The notes below the pieces were generated by a model, which was not told the origin of the DNA, did no database searches, and worked only from the letters and a program-made list of their open reading frames with translations. DNA of 51,763 nt from Octopus bimaculoides. Lineage: Eukaryota. Location of the stretch: NCBI RefSeq assembly GCF_001194135.2, contig NC_068985.1, forward strand, positions 43,805,101-43,856,863, given 5' to 3'. A program made the translations under genes and the position numbers. Within the stretch, counting starts at the first letter, position 1. Each line of letters opens with the position of its first letter. This document shows positions 10,864 to 21,885 of the stretch, in pieces.

Positions 10864-11560
10864 TATTCGCGTTATATATCATATATTATGCACTTTATTC
10901 TGTTTTGTTATTTGCATGATTCCCTCGATCCGTGGAAAAATTGTTTAGTGTGATACCAGTCTGTAGAGCAAAAGTGTTGGGAGACCGTTAGTCTAAATAA
11001 TTTCGCTCCATTAACTTTAAACATATGGCAAGACATTTACCCGATAGATATTACATCACCAAAATGTAAAGTGTGATTTATACACGGCGTGATTTGAGAA
11101 ATACAGAATATCTACGGGGAAAAGATCGACACTTGACGAAGGTTGTGCATTGTATAAAATGCATCGATAAACCGTATAAACTGTACTAACACTGCTTCAT
11201 CTTATAAGCAGTATTAACACCACTACATATTAAAACGTGCACCAGCCACACCCTGGCTTATAAGATTCACCAACACCGCAGTTAAGATGCTTCAGCAATA
11301 TAACATCTAACAAAATGCACCAGCAACACTAAATCTTTTAAAGCGCAGCAGTAACACTACATTAAATGAAACAAAACCGACAATTTTTTTATAATACGCT
11401 ACATCTATTAATATTCCATATTTTGTTTCTACTTCTTATCAACATAGATCGCTTATAGATAGCTTTGTATATGGTTTTTCAGCACAAACACTAGATTCTC
11501 AATACCTCCTACTCCTCCTGCTCTCATATCCTTCACTGTCATCACTCCCACTACAACTCT

Positions 11561-11594
<34 letters not shown>

Positions 11595-11713
11595 CCTGTA
11601 TTTTCTTTCACCCCAAAACCAGGAATTTTCAACATCCCCTCGTATATATATGACCGCGTGTGTATTGTTGGCGATGTTCTTTCTCCGTCATCCCTTCTTT
11701 GGACTTTTTCTAT

Positions 11714-11748
11714 ATTTCTGATGAAGAGCTCCGCTCGAAACGTGAAAT
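11714..11748 (+). ncRNA. Minimal type I hammerhead ribozyme motif (Penelope pseudo-LTR type); probably inactive because the cleavage triplet is GUG
   Basis: ATTT-CTGATGA-A-GAGC(TCC)GCTC-GAAA-CGTG-AAAT: stem I ATTT/AAAT, stem II GAGC/GCTC, palindromic ACGT stem III. Confidence 0.7.
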
Positions 11749-12144
11749 CCTCTTTCTTTTCTTTCCTTTCTTGAGCGTCCAATAACACTGTACTTATTCC
11801 ACGTCCTCGCGTAAATGTTTCTATTTTCGCTTTTGTAAAACACAATATTTTAATAATTTAGAAATATTTTTAAGTGAATGTAATTTCAAAAATGTATGTT
11901 GTTTGTACAGTAAGTATTTATATTTTAGCTTTCTGTAAATAGACAATATTTTAATGCTTTTTAAAATTATTTTCAAGTGAATACCATTACATAAAATGTT
12001 TTTGGCATAGTTAAAAAATATCTTAAAGTGAAAATGACTTAAAAATACGGTAGATATTTCGTAAAAGACCCGTTCGTAACCTCGGTGTGAAATAATTTTT
12101 TTCCATAGTTTTTTTTCGAGTGCATTCAACGTATTTGACCTACA

Positions 12145-12261
12145 AAGATTTGGCTGCTATTTCTAGCACGCCATGCTACCACGTAACAGCTGTTTGCAAT
12201 AAAGGACTCGAAATAGTTGTTACGTGGTAGCAAGGCGTGCAAGAAATAGCAGCCAAATCTT
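12145..12261. repeat. Long inverted repeat (44-bp arms, 2 mismatches)
   Basis: AAGATTTGGCTGCTATTTCTAGCACGCCATGCTACCACGTAACA at 12145-12188 and its reverse complement at 12218-12261. Confidence 0.9.
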
Positions 12262-12378
12262 CAAGCACATGAAATAACCGAGAAAAGAAAAAAAAATCCA
12301 GGAAACAAAACTCTGTTGCTGGGAAACTCAGTTTTCTGGTGACCCAACGAGTCACGGGTTGTCTAGTCTAGTATATGT

Positions 12379-12421
12379 GTGTATCTCTCTCTCTCTCGAT
12401 CTTTCTCTCTCTCTCTTTCTT

Positions 12422-12472
<51 letters not shown>

Positions 12473-12514
12473 ATGTATGTATGTATGTATGTATGTATGT
12501 ATATATATATATAT
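12379..12514. repeat. (CT)n/(TATG)n/(TA)n microsatellite
   Basis: Directly visible. Confidence 0.9.
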
Positions 12515-12766
12515 TCAGCAACACCAGTCAATACATTATCCCCTTTAACGAAGGATTTCGCCCTAAACGTTAGATTTCTTTACTTCCTTAATGCAAAATA
12601 ATTTATTCCTCTTTGTAAACTTTTTGTACCAACATCATTTACCGACGTCGACTGTCGCTAGTTTCCTGGGAATTCTACTCTCTAATGATCTCTTTCAGCA
12701 AACGCCATTAACATTTGTGTCTACTGTTTCAATCTCATATTACCCAGAGCACCAATTATTACTTAT

Positions 12767-12767
<1 letters not shown>

Positions 12768-12832
<65 letters not shown>
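12768..12832. repeat. (CA)n microsatellite
   Basis: Directly visible. Confidence 0.95.
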
Positions 12833-12835
<3 letters not shown>

Positions 12836-13089
12836 GACCGACCGTCAATTGGCAGAATCATAATTGTTTTGGTCCTATACGCTTGGAGCTAGAATCCTGA
12901 TGATGTCATTTTTGCTTGCCATCCTCTCTGGATCCATAAATAACGTATATGTCTCCCGCTGGAGTCAATTTTTTCCCACGCTATTTCTTTCTGTCTGTCT
13001 GTCTCCCTAAGAAAAAGAATCTGCTATGGTCAGTCCGCGAGAAGGATGGGCTCCATTATATCAAAGACAATCAAGACTCGAAGCCTACA

Positions 13090-13123
<34 letters not shown>

Positions 13124-13338
13124 TGTGCGTTTTCTGCGATGGTTTGGTAAGCGGTGTCGATTTTACAATTCTGTAAATAATAATAATAATATTTTATATG
13201 CTTAAAGATTATAAGCGATTACCGATATAAGTAAACTGTTTTTTACGTCCAATTACATGATAGGATCTGGTCTCTAGTGCCCTTTAGTTTTCGTAATCAA
13301 TATTTTTTTTACAAATTTATTGCTCTAAACGTGAATTC

Positions 13339-13775
13339 GGATCTTTTTTAAAACGGGGGCCACATTTTTCATTAACGAAACACTTTGAAACTTAGATCAC
13401 TGGTAGAATGTGTCATATAAAACATCTTTTTCTCTTAGTCTTCTTAAAAAAAAAAGAAATCCATAAATTATTCCATGTTAAAGTTGTCGTATTTCTGTAA
13501 TTTCAACCAATCACTGACGTCCATTCAGCCGATATACATTAAGTGCCGACTACATAAACAAACGATTCTGAAACAATTAACCCTAACTCTAACCCTAACC
13601 CTAACCCTAGGGTTAGAGTTAGGGTTAGGGTTAAAGCAAATTTAAAATGAAAAAAGCAAATAAAACGAAGAATCGTTTGTTTATGTAGTCGGCACTTAAT
13701 GTATATCGGCTGAATGGACGTCAGTGATTGGTTGAAATTATCGAAATAAGACAATTTTTTACATGAAATAAATTC
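13339..13775. mobile_element. Second GGATC-TIR MITE, inverted relative to the first, with a palindromic telomere-repeat core; right end lies in the gap
   Basis: Starts GGATCTTTTTTAAAACGGGGG. 13339-13530 is a close reverse-complement match to 10670-10863. Perfect 72-bp arms at 13498-13569 and 13669-13740 enclose (CCCTAA)-type then (TTAGGG)-type repeats. Confidence 0.9.
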
Positions 13776-14103
13776 NNNNNNNNNNNNNNNNNNNNNNNNN
13801 NNNNNNNNNNNNNNNNNNNNNNNNNNNNNNNNNNNNNNNNNNNNNNNNNNNNNNNNNNNNNNNNNNNNNNNNNNNNNNNNNNNNNNNNNNNNNNNNNNNN
13901 NNNNNNNNNNNNNNNNNNNNNNNNNNNNNNNNNNNNNNNNNNNNNNNNNNNNNNNNNNNNNNNNNNNNNNNNNNNNNNNNNNNNNNNNNNNNNNNNNNNN
14001 NNNNNNNNNNNNNNNNNNNNNNNNNNNNNNNNNNNNNNNNNNNNNNNNNNNNNNNNNNNNNNNNNNNNNNNNNNNNNNNNNNNNNNNNNNNNNNNNNNNN
14101 NNN
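13776..14103. other. Assembly gap (N)
   Basis: N run. Confidence 1.
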
Positions 14104-14438
14104 GTATGTCGTCACACAACTTTCTCAGAGTAACGCTCGGAGAAGTTTCTACGTCTACAGGAATATGCACATTTTGATTTTAAACTTTAAATACTTTGCC
14201 TTCGTTTGAAAACAAAAACCTTCTCTAAGCCATAAATATGCGTACGTCAGTCTATATATATATTTTATATATGAATTAATAAAATCTGACCCTGAAGAGA
14301 TACAATATTCCATATTTTATAACATACAGGAGTGAGTCGGGATATTGCATCGAAATGTTCATTGGTCATTAATAAAGTCTTTACAATGGATCGCGTTATA
14401 GCTCTTATTTAAATTGATATGCACACAAAATTGTATAA

Positions 14439-14470
<32 letters not shown>

Positions 14471-14504
14471 GTACGTATGTACATATATAAATGCTCGTGA
14501 AATT

Positions 14505-14745
14505 TACATGCAAATGGCTGAACACTCCATAGACACGTGTGCCTTTAACGTAGTTCTCAGGGAGATTCAGCGTGACATTGAATGTGACAAAGCTGGCCCT
14601 TTGAATTCGGGGGTACGACTCATTTTTACCAGCAGAACAGCTGGACAAAGTGAAATAAAGTATCTGCTCAAGGACACAATACGCTGTCGGGAATCGAACT
14701 CACGACCCTACGATTGTGAGCCGAAAACCCTTGCCATAAAGCCCA
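14505..14745 (-). mobile_element. tRNA-derived SINE (family C-type head, 3' part shared with family B)
   Basis: Reverse complement of GTGAGTTCGATTCCCGAC..GTGTCCTTGAGCAG, plus the reverse complement of the 5745-5830 block. Confidence 0.75.
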
Positions 14746-14799
14746 CGATATGTATGTATGTAAGTGTGTGTGTGTGTGTGTGCATAATACATGCAATCT

Positions 14800-15130
14800 C
14801 TTGTTTCAGTCGCTGACTTGCGGCCATAGTGGTGTACCGCTTTGAAGGATTTTAGTCGGACAGATTACTCCTAATATTTATTATGGGGACGTAAACAAAC
14901 CAACACCATTTGTCTTAAGGTGGTGGGGCACAGAAAAAGATACACATATATACATATATCGAGAGAGAGATGGGCTTCCACACAATTTCCTTCTATCAAA
15001 TTCCTTCACAAGGCATTGGTGACCCGGGGTTATACAGTAGAAGTCTCTTGCCTAAGGTACCATATGGCAGGCCCGAACTCGAACCACACAGTTGCAAAGT
15101 GAGCTTAACCACACAGTTATGTCTGCGCCT
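14800..15130 (-). mobile_element. SINE family D
   Basis: Reverse-complement head AGGCGCAGACATAACTGTGTGGTTAAG and family D tail. Confidence 0.8.
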
Positions 15131-15150
15131 ATACCCACTTAGCTTTAAGT

Positions 15151-15406
15151 CAGTGATTCTCAACCATTTTTTCGCCTATGGAGCCCTTTTATTTCTATTT
15201 TACTTTTCTGGACCTCTATAAAGCATTCAATATATTTAAGAAATATTCTACTGTATTTCTATAATTAAATATTATTAGGAATTGTATAAAAAGATTATTA
15301 AAATACTTTGTGTATTGTAAATGTATAAGCAATTTGTTACACAATTTTAACAACAAAATCTTATATGTACCCTTAAGGGCCATATGGAACCGGTTCAGAA
15401 CAACTG
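15151..15406. mobile_element. hAT-type MITE
   Basis: TIRs CAGTGATTCTCAACC / GGTTCAGAACAACTG; 8-bp TSD CTTTAAG(T/C). Confidence 0.8.
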
Positions 15407-15860
15407 CTTTAAGCTCTGAGATTTTAGTAATCGGAGAAAGATTTGGTCATAGTATAGTGCAACATGCTCTATATTTTCTTGAAACGATCTCACGGCTCTC
15501 TGTAACTAACCAATAATACGCTTTGATCACAAAGAACAAACGGCTTTTTGTGTCTTAAAAGCAGCTTCCTACTCGATCAAAAAAATGTGTTTGTTTAAGT
15601 TTCCTGAAAGCCACAAATTCCTCGTAACAAATTTTCGAAACCACTTTTTTGCAACGCTACATAAATTCAGAGGAAACTGGCGTTTATTTATAGTACCATC
15701 CCTTCTACCGTTCTGGTTTCTAGTTTCATTCTTGATGAATTATTGTCTTCAGTAAATGTCCCAAATATTCATCTGACAGCAGTCTACTTCAGCAATTACT
15801 ACAGCGATAAAACATCATCAACCTTTATCGTTATCTGAAGCAAACAAGGTGGAGATGCGC

Positions 15861-15989
<129 letters not shown>

Positions 15990-16359
15990 ATAAATTCTTG
16001 TTGGAATTGCAAGGAAGCCTGACCAGAGAAACAAACCTCACAACTTGCTATGATTCTATTCGACACTTTGATATATATTGATGAAAAATGACGTGAGGTC
16101 CCCCACCACATGTAAACTCAACAAAAATAACAACGGCAAAATAGTTAACGCGCAGAGAAACAGAAATGTCTTTAACGTTTATATGCATACATACACAATG
16201 GCTGTCCACGCGTGACCAAGGAAGACCATCACTGACCATTAAGAACATTGTGCACTCAAATTTATACATTACGCTTGTAGTTCCGCTAGTAACTAATGAG
16301 CCTAGCTCTTGATAAACTTACATATCCACAGGTATTGCAGTTCAGGCTTCCCCCATTCA

Positions 16360-16860
16360 CTACACTGGCGAAGCATTTTCGAGCATCTCGCTTAAATTTT
16401 GCATGAAAAATGCAAACTTTTATTTCGCAACCATCGGAGCGCTAAGCGCTATTCACGAACGCACGTTCGTGAGATGGTTGTAATATATAAACAATTCTGT
16501 ATAGGAACCGGAAAGAGAAGTATGAACACGCAATGCACATTTGCACACTGAGATTCATAAAGCGGAAGAGAAATTAAAAACGCAATGCCACTATAAAGTC
16601 AGACAGAGAGTCGTTGTACGAGTTTCTCAGTTGGAGTCAGTGTCAGTTACGTGATATATACGACATCGAGTTACCGTCAGAGTAGACGTCTCAAAGTCAT
16701 TGTCGTGCGGAGCGATCAGCGATAGCACAATAGACGAGCAAAAAACAAGACGCGGAATACCGCCACAATATAATAGTGACGACAAGAATATTACAGTGCC
16801 GACAAAAAACATACAAGGTAGCAAGGTTGTGAAGGAAAGTATCTCCTGTTAACCGTCATC
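16360..16860 (+). promoter_or_regulatory. CpG-rich non-repetitive segment, candidate promoter or first exon
   Basis: Locally CG-rich, TATAAA at 16592-16597, TCAGTT initiator-like motif at 16627-16632, 20-bp palindrome at 16453-16472. The TATA-to-Inr spacing of about 37 is longer than canonical. Confidence 0.3.
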
Positions 16861-17294
16861 CATTAAATCTTAAGATCTTGCAGATTTTTATAGTCCTAGA
16901 TATTGTGATCATGTGTAGCATATAAATTATGGATTTGCATTCTCTCCCTAAGGTTCAGTTCTGGGGTCTAGGGAGAGATTGGTATGTATCCTGTATGTAT
17001 GTGTGTATGTGCGTGCGCGCGCACGTGTATTACCTTAAGCACTTCATTCACGAACAGAATTGCATATTTTACAATATATGAAGCGAAAGCGAAAGTAAAC
17101 GAATATCTTACTCCTATAATTCTTATAGCAAAATCCCACAGAATACTCTTGCAACGAAATTATTAATTTATAAAATATGACTTTTAAATAACAACAAATT
17201 GACATTTCTCTCTTATCTCTCTTCCCTATCTTGATTAAGAGCATATGCAGGAAGCATATCTATCTGTCTCTCTGTCTGCCTGTCTACTTGTGTA

Positions 17295-17490
17295 GACAGT
17301 ATAGCACTCACGATCGCGAGATTGTGGTTTCGATTCCTGGACCAGGCGGTGCGTTGTGTTCTTGAGCAAGTCACTTGATTTCGCGTTGCTCTGCGATCAC
17401 TTCAACATCCGACGTGTGGTACATCGTGCACTTTTACAGGCAAAGTCCATTTGATGGAGGAAATGAGCTAACATGTAGCACAAACATTTA
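17295..17490 (+). mobile_element. SINE family C, partial
   Basis: GGTTTCGATTCCTGGACCAGGCGGTGCGTTGTGTTCTTGAGCAAG. Confidence 0.75.
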
Positions 17491-17765
17491 ATCACTCTTG
17501 ACATTTCACCTGTGTAGGTCGTATAGCAAGAAATTGCAGAAACCCATCTTCATCTATCTTCTTCGACAGGACAATACGCTGTGCGCGCGCGCGCGGTTTT
17601 ATTTACCTCAAGGTAATTTTCATTGACTTTACAGTTATTATTATATATTATTTTTCCTTATATGCAGTTCCTGACAGAGAAACATAGACTTCACTGTAGT
17701 TATCAAAGTAATGATGGAAGAATGACTATGTAAATATGTAAGAATGTTCATTGGTTGGTATAGGG

Positions 17766-18029
17766 CAGGGGTTTTCAAACTTTTTGACTTGCGGACCCTT
17801 TTGTATTCCAGGCTTTACCTTAGGGACCCCCTTATAAACGCTTATGAAATTTATGCATAAATATTTGCTTAAAATAACATATATTTTTACATTTATTTAT
17901 TTAACAGTATTTAACAAATAGGTTTATTGTCAATTAAAAGATTTCGATTAAAAAACATATATAAAATCAAATTGCCCATAAAAAGTATTTGCTGTCTTGT
18001 TCTTGCGGACCACAGTTTGAAAACCCCTG
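17766..18029. mobile_element. hAT-type (Charlie-like) MITE
   Basis: TIRs CAGGGGTTTTCAAACT / AGTTTGAAAACCCCTG; exact 8-bp TSD GTATAGGG at 17758-17765 and 18030-18037. Confidence 0.92.
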
Positions 18030-18376
18030 GTATAGGGAACCAGAATTGTTTAGAATGTAAGTACTTCTGACACGCCATCGGCATTGAAACAAAATAGTTA
18101 ACTATAGTCAGTTTTCCTTAAAATTATAATGTTAATTCAATGCATTTCCTTTATTCCTTCCTTCTAGATTTTAGACATCTCTAGAGGGAATTCTGTATTT
18201 AGTATGAAGAATGCTGCTCTTCGGTATTTCTCCTCATTCATCGTAATGGTATTCATTATCGTTGCCACAATAGTCCTCTCTCTTCTGTTTACACACGCGC
18301 GCGCGCTCACACACACACACACACACACACACTAGCAGACATTCAGTGTAGCGAACTGAATAGAATATACTTTGCA

Positions 18377-18412
18377 GACCACTGACGAGGTGTAATAAGA
18401 CTGAAACATGTC
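18377..18412 (+). ncRNA. Degenerate minimal hammerhead motif (Penelope-type)
   Basis: CTGACGA-GGT(GTAATAAG)ACT-GAAA-CATGTC: intact core and GUC triplet, but the 3' strand of stem I is missing. Confidence 0.5.
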
Positions 18413-19064
18413 CTTTATTACCACAAGTTGGCTTTTAAAGACAATAGTCACGCCCATTCTAATTGTCAATATTTTCCAAAAATGTCGATAACTGTTCTTA
18501 TTAGATTTACCTCCCTTATTTATTACTTTTAGATTTTAAACACATCCCCAGACGAAACTTGGATAATGCCAGTCGATAGAAAATTATCAACTCATTATTT
18601 TGACATATTTGTGACTCTATTTACATTATTATGTATTATTTCTAATGTCTTATTTCCAATGTCTCTAAAGTTTTCGGCTTCTGATCTTCATTTAATTGTA
18701 TTTCTTTCAACAGACATTTTCTTGCACATCAAATGAACAGTCGTGAAATATCTTTATTGAGCCGTTTAATAGGAAGGCGCTGAAAGTTTCAACGTTTCTT
18801 GGTGTTTATCTTCAATATTTACTGTCTTTCAGCTTCACCAGACTGTTGTATACGCATTATTAAACAAAATGTTATAAGCTAAGAGACAGCTTTGCTTAAA
18901 TGTTACTGGTGGTGGTGGTGGTGGTGATGACGACAACGGTGGTGCTGGTTGTCATGAGGACGGTTGTTGGTAGCGATGCTGGTAGTTGTGGTAACATTCG
19001 TATGCTTTTACAAAGAAAATATTATGTGAAGTAGCAATATCTATATTAAACAACTGTGCGGCAA

Positions 19065-19196
19065 CTCTTATCTTTACACACACAAACAAAATACACACAC
19101 GCATATATAAGCATGTATGTATGTATGTATGTATGTATGTATGTATGTGTGTGCATACAGATATATGTCTGTATATACATATTCATATATATTTTT

Positions 19197-19261
<65 letters not shown>

Positions 19262-19370
19262 CACACATACATACATTTATGAATATATCTATACACACTC
19301 ACACACTTTATATATTTATATATACTGTATATATTATTTGTACTGATATGCTTATATATACACAGACATA
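19065..19370. repeat. Compound (TATG)n/(CA)n/(TA)n microsatellite
   Basis: Directly visible. Confidence 0.9.
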
Positions 19371-19769
19371 CTAAACCACATCAAGAGAAAATCATTTGAC
19401 AGAGTGGTCAGAAGGTTACATACAACACGCTCCAGTTTCTTATCTACAGACATGCAGGTTCATCTCACTGCTTTTTATACTACTATTGTAATGGCCTCTG
19501 CTCCACTGAGTTCGCTAGTAACGTACCGTCTCCTCTCAGTCACTCTCGACTCACTCGTCCTTCCTCCTACTCTCATCACCCATATTGCACCTACTTTCTT
19601 CTGACACTATAACTAGCCATGACGCTCAGTTCCTTGTCCCAGAACGTCGGTTCTTTGGAAATCCCTTTCTGCTCAAGTTTCTACAACTGTCGTTTCAGTG
19701 GAATGTTAAGAAAATCATCAATGTCTTCAGTCTGACAGGGTCGATGAAGGTCATAGGCACTGCTTGACA

Positions 19770-19810
<41 letters not shown>

Positions 19811-20605
19811 TCGAAATATGAGACTAGAAAAATAGCCAACAACTGATGAAGGGTCCTTTATGGTGTTTGTTTTCCATTTGTGTCTTTCGTTGTTCGAAAG
19901 AATAGTTCATGTACTTGTGCTTCGTATTTTTTGTTGTACGCGTTTCGTGACGTCCTCTGCTCACATATGCATATATATATATTATTTATATTATATATAT
20001 ATATACTTTATTATTAAAGCTGAAAAACATCACAAAAACTGCTACTCAGTAGTTTGTACTACAAAAGGAAAACAGGACAAGTAATACAAAGAACGACCCT
20101 TCATCATTTGTCGGCTGTCTGTCTACTCCCCATTTCGAGCAATCAACGACAATATAAGTCTTCGAAGACAGTTGCTCCCATAAATACCAAAATAGAATTT
20201 TGGATATATGTAGGATCAAAGTTGGGAACAAAAACAAGACACTGGAGACATACAAAGAAACCGAACGAAAACAAACATGGAGGTTCATTAGACCAGAACG
20301 AGGGGAAAAAAGTGAACACTGAGAGAAATATTTTCTTTGAAAAGAGAAAAGATAGGAGAGATAGGAGACGTCCAGTTCTAAGAACGTCCGTGCAGGAAAA
20401 GAAAGATGGACGATGGTCATGTGTGAGCAACGAGAGAGAAAAAGAGAAAGAGGGGAGAGAGAGACAGATAGAAAACAGTGAAAAAGAGAAAAGGGGAATT
20501 AGAGAGGATTGGGAGAAAACAGTATAGAGTCGCATCGAAAAGGTTAAGATAAACTTACTTGGAAATGGATGCGTGCCGTTCAATTAAATAATAATATAAA
20601 CGACA

Positions 20606-20780
20606 GGAGGCTCAATGGCCCAGTGGTTAGGGCAGCGGACTCACGGTCGTAGGATCGCGGTTTCAATTCCTAGACCGGGCGTTGTGAGTGTTTATTGAGC
20701 GAAAACACCTAAAGCTCCACGAGGCTCCGGTAGGAGTGGTACCGAAACCTGCTGTACTCTTCCACCACAACTTTCAGTCT
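20606..20780 (+). mobile_element. SINE family B, 5' part; followed by a minus-strand family A fragment (about 20785-20905)
   Basis: GGAGGCTCAATGGCCCAGTGGTTAGGGCAGCGGACTCACGGTCGTAGG. Confidence 0.85.
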
Positions 20781-21024
20781 TTCTTCCTGAAATCAACCCT
20801 AGTGTTCAAATGGTACTTATTTCATCGACTCCGAAAGGGTAAACGGCAAAGTCGATCTCGGCCTAATTTGAACTCAGAACATAAAGACAGACAAAAGCAT
20901 TCTAAAATACATAAACAAATACATCTCCATTGCTAGTTTATGAGCGATTTGTGTATTTTTAAAGGTGTGTAATGTTTAATATCTCGTGAATTTGTGTCTC
21001 TGTTGTTCTGACTCGGTCTATTAG

Positions 21025-21720
21025 ACTGTAGGAATATCCGTTGTTGATTAATCTTTGCTTATTCTGTGGATTCCTTCATTTAGTTCTTCGTTTGCAAAAG
21101 GACACCAAATAACTTTTTTAAGAAGGGATTTTACAACTGACATTTTGTTACTGTGTAGAGAATTGCTGTTTCCATGTGAGTATACGCATTTGTGTTTCTC
21201 GTGTACACACTCACACACACGGATGTTATATCTGTTCCTTTTAATCGGGATGTTTATACCTAGCAATGTTGTATTTGTTTTTATTTGGATGTTAAATTTC
21301 CACACTACTTTATTCTTTATTTGTGGATAGACAGAATACCTTGAACCCATGGCGATTCCATCTTTTTTGTTTATATGAATTTTCTTCTGAGCAGGGAAGA
21401 GAAACTTCCGCTGTACACGTTAGAAATAAAATCTACGAGAAGTCGGATTGTAAGACGCGTGGTTTTAATTTAAGGTGTTTACAGACAATATCTAAGATAA
21501 CTTCAATTATTTCTGAGACGGGAACATTGATAAACAAACCTTCGACAATTAAAGCGAACACGGTGCCTATTTCATTGGTTTCTTTTAAAATCTCTAGAAT
21601 TCCTTCAAATGACCAAATATATTTCTTCTGCGTATATTTAAAAATAACGCTATCTACTTGTTTGTCGATTTTAATAGGGTGTATATATTCGTGCTGTTAC
21701 GGATCGGAAATTTTTTGTTG
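21025..21720 (-). mobile_element. Decayed Penelope-like element reverse transcriptase fragments
   Basis: Minus-strand translation YTPY*IDKQVDSVIFKY...VFALIVEGLFINVPVSEIIEVILD (degenerate SLDVESLFTNVP motif) and YSHGNSNSLHSNKMSVVKSLLKK...RISKD/LINNGY (PLE thumb ending NGY), with internal deletion and frameshifts. Confidence 0.75.
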
Positions 21721-21848
21721 TTGTTGTACTTCATTTCACATTGCTTCAGTTACGGTTAGAAATATATTCCAAAATATAACTACACGTGAACTGTTGGCGA
21801 TTTTGTTTTCTTCCTTCCTCCTTTTCTTTTGGAATTTCCTATGTCTCC

Positions 21849-21885
21849 TGTTTCCGAAGAAGAGCTTTGCTCGAAACGTAAAACA
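21849..21885 (+). ncRNA. Minimal type I hammerhead motif in a Penelope pseudo-LTR, inverted relative to the RT
   Basis: TGTTT-CCGAAGA-A-GAGC(TTT)GCTC-GAAA-CGTA-AAACA; GUA triplet, U4 changed to C in the core. Confidence 0.7.

Noticed and set aside
13578-13633. Telomere-telomere fusion scar or true chromosome end
   Set aside because: The orientation is CCCTAA then TTAGGG (fusions give the reverse), the tract is short, and it sits inside a MITE.
20054-20583. 157-aa and 146-aa ORFs
   Set aside because: They arise from purine-rich low-complexity sequence.
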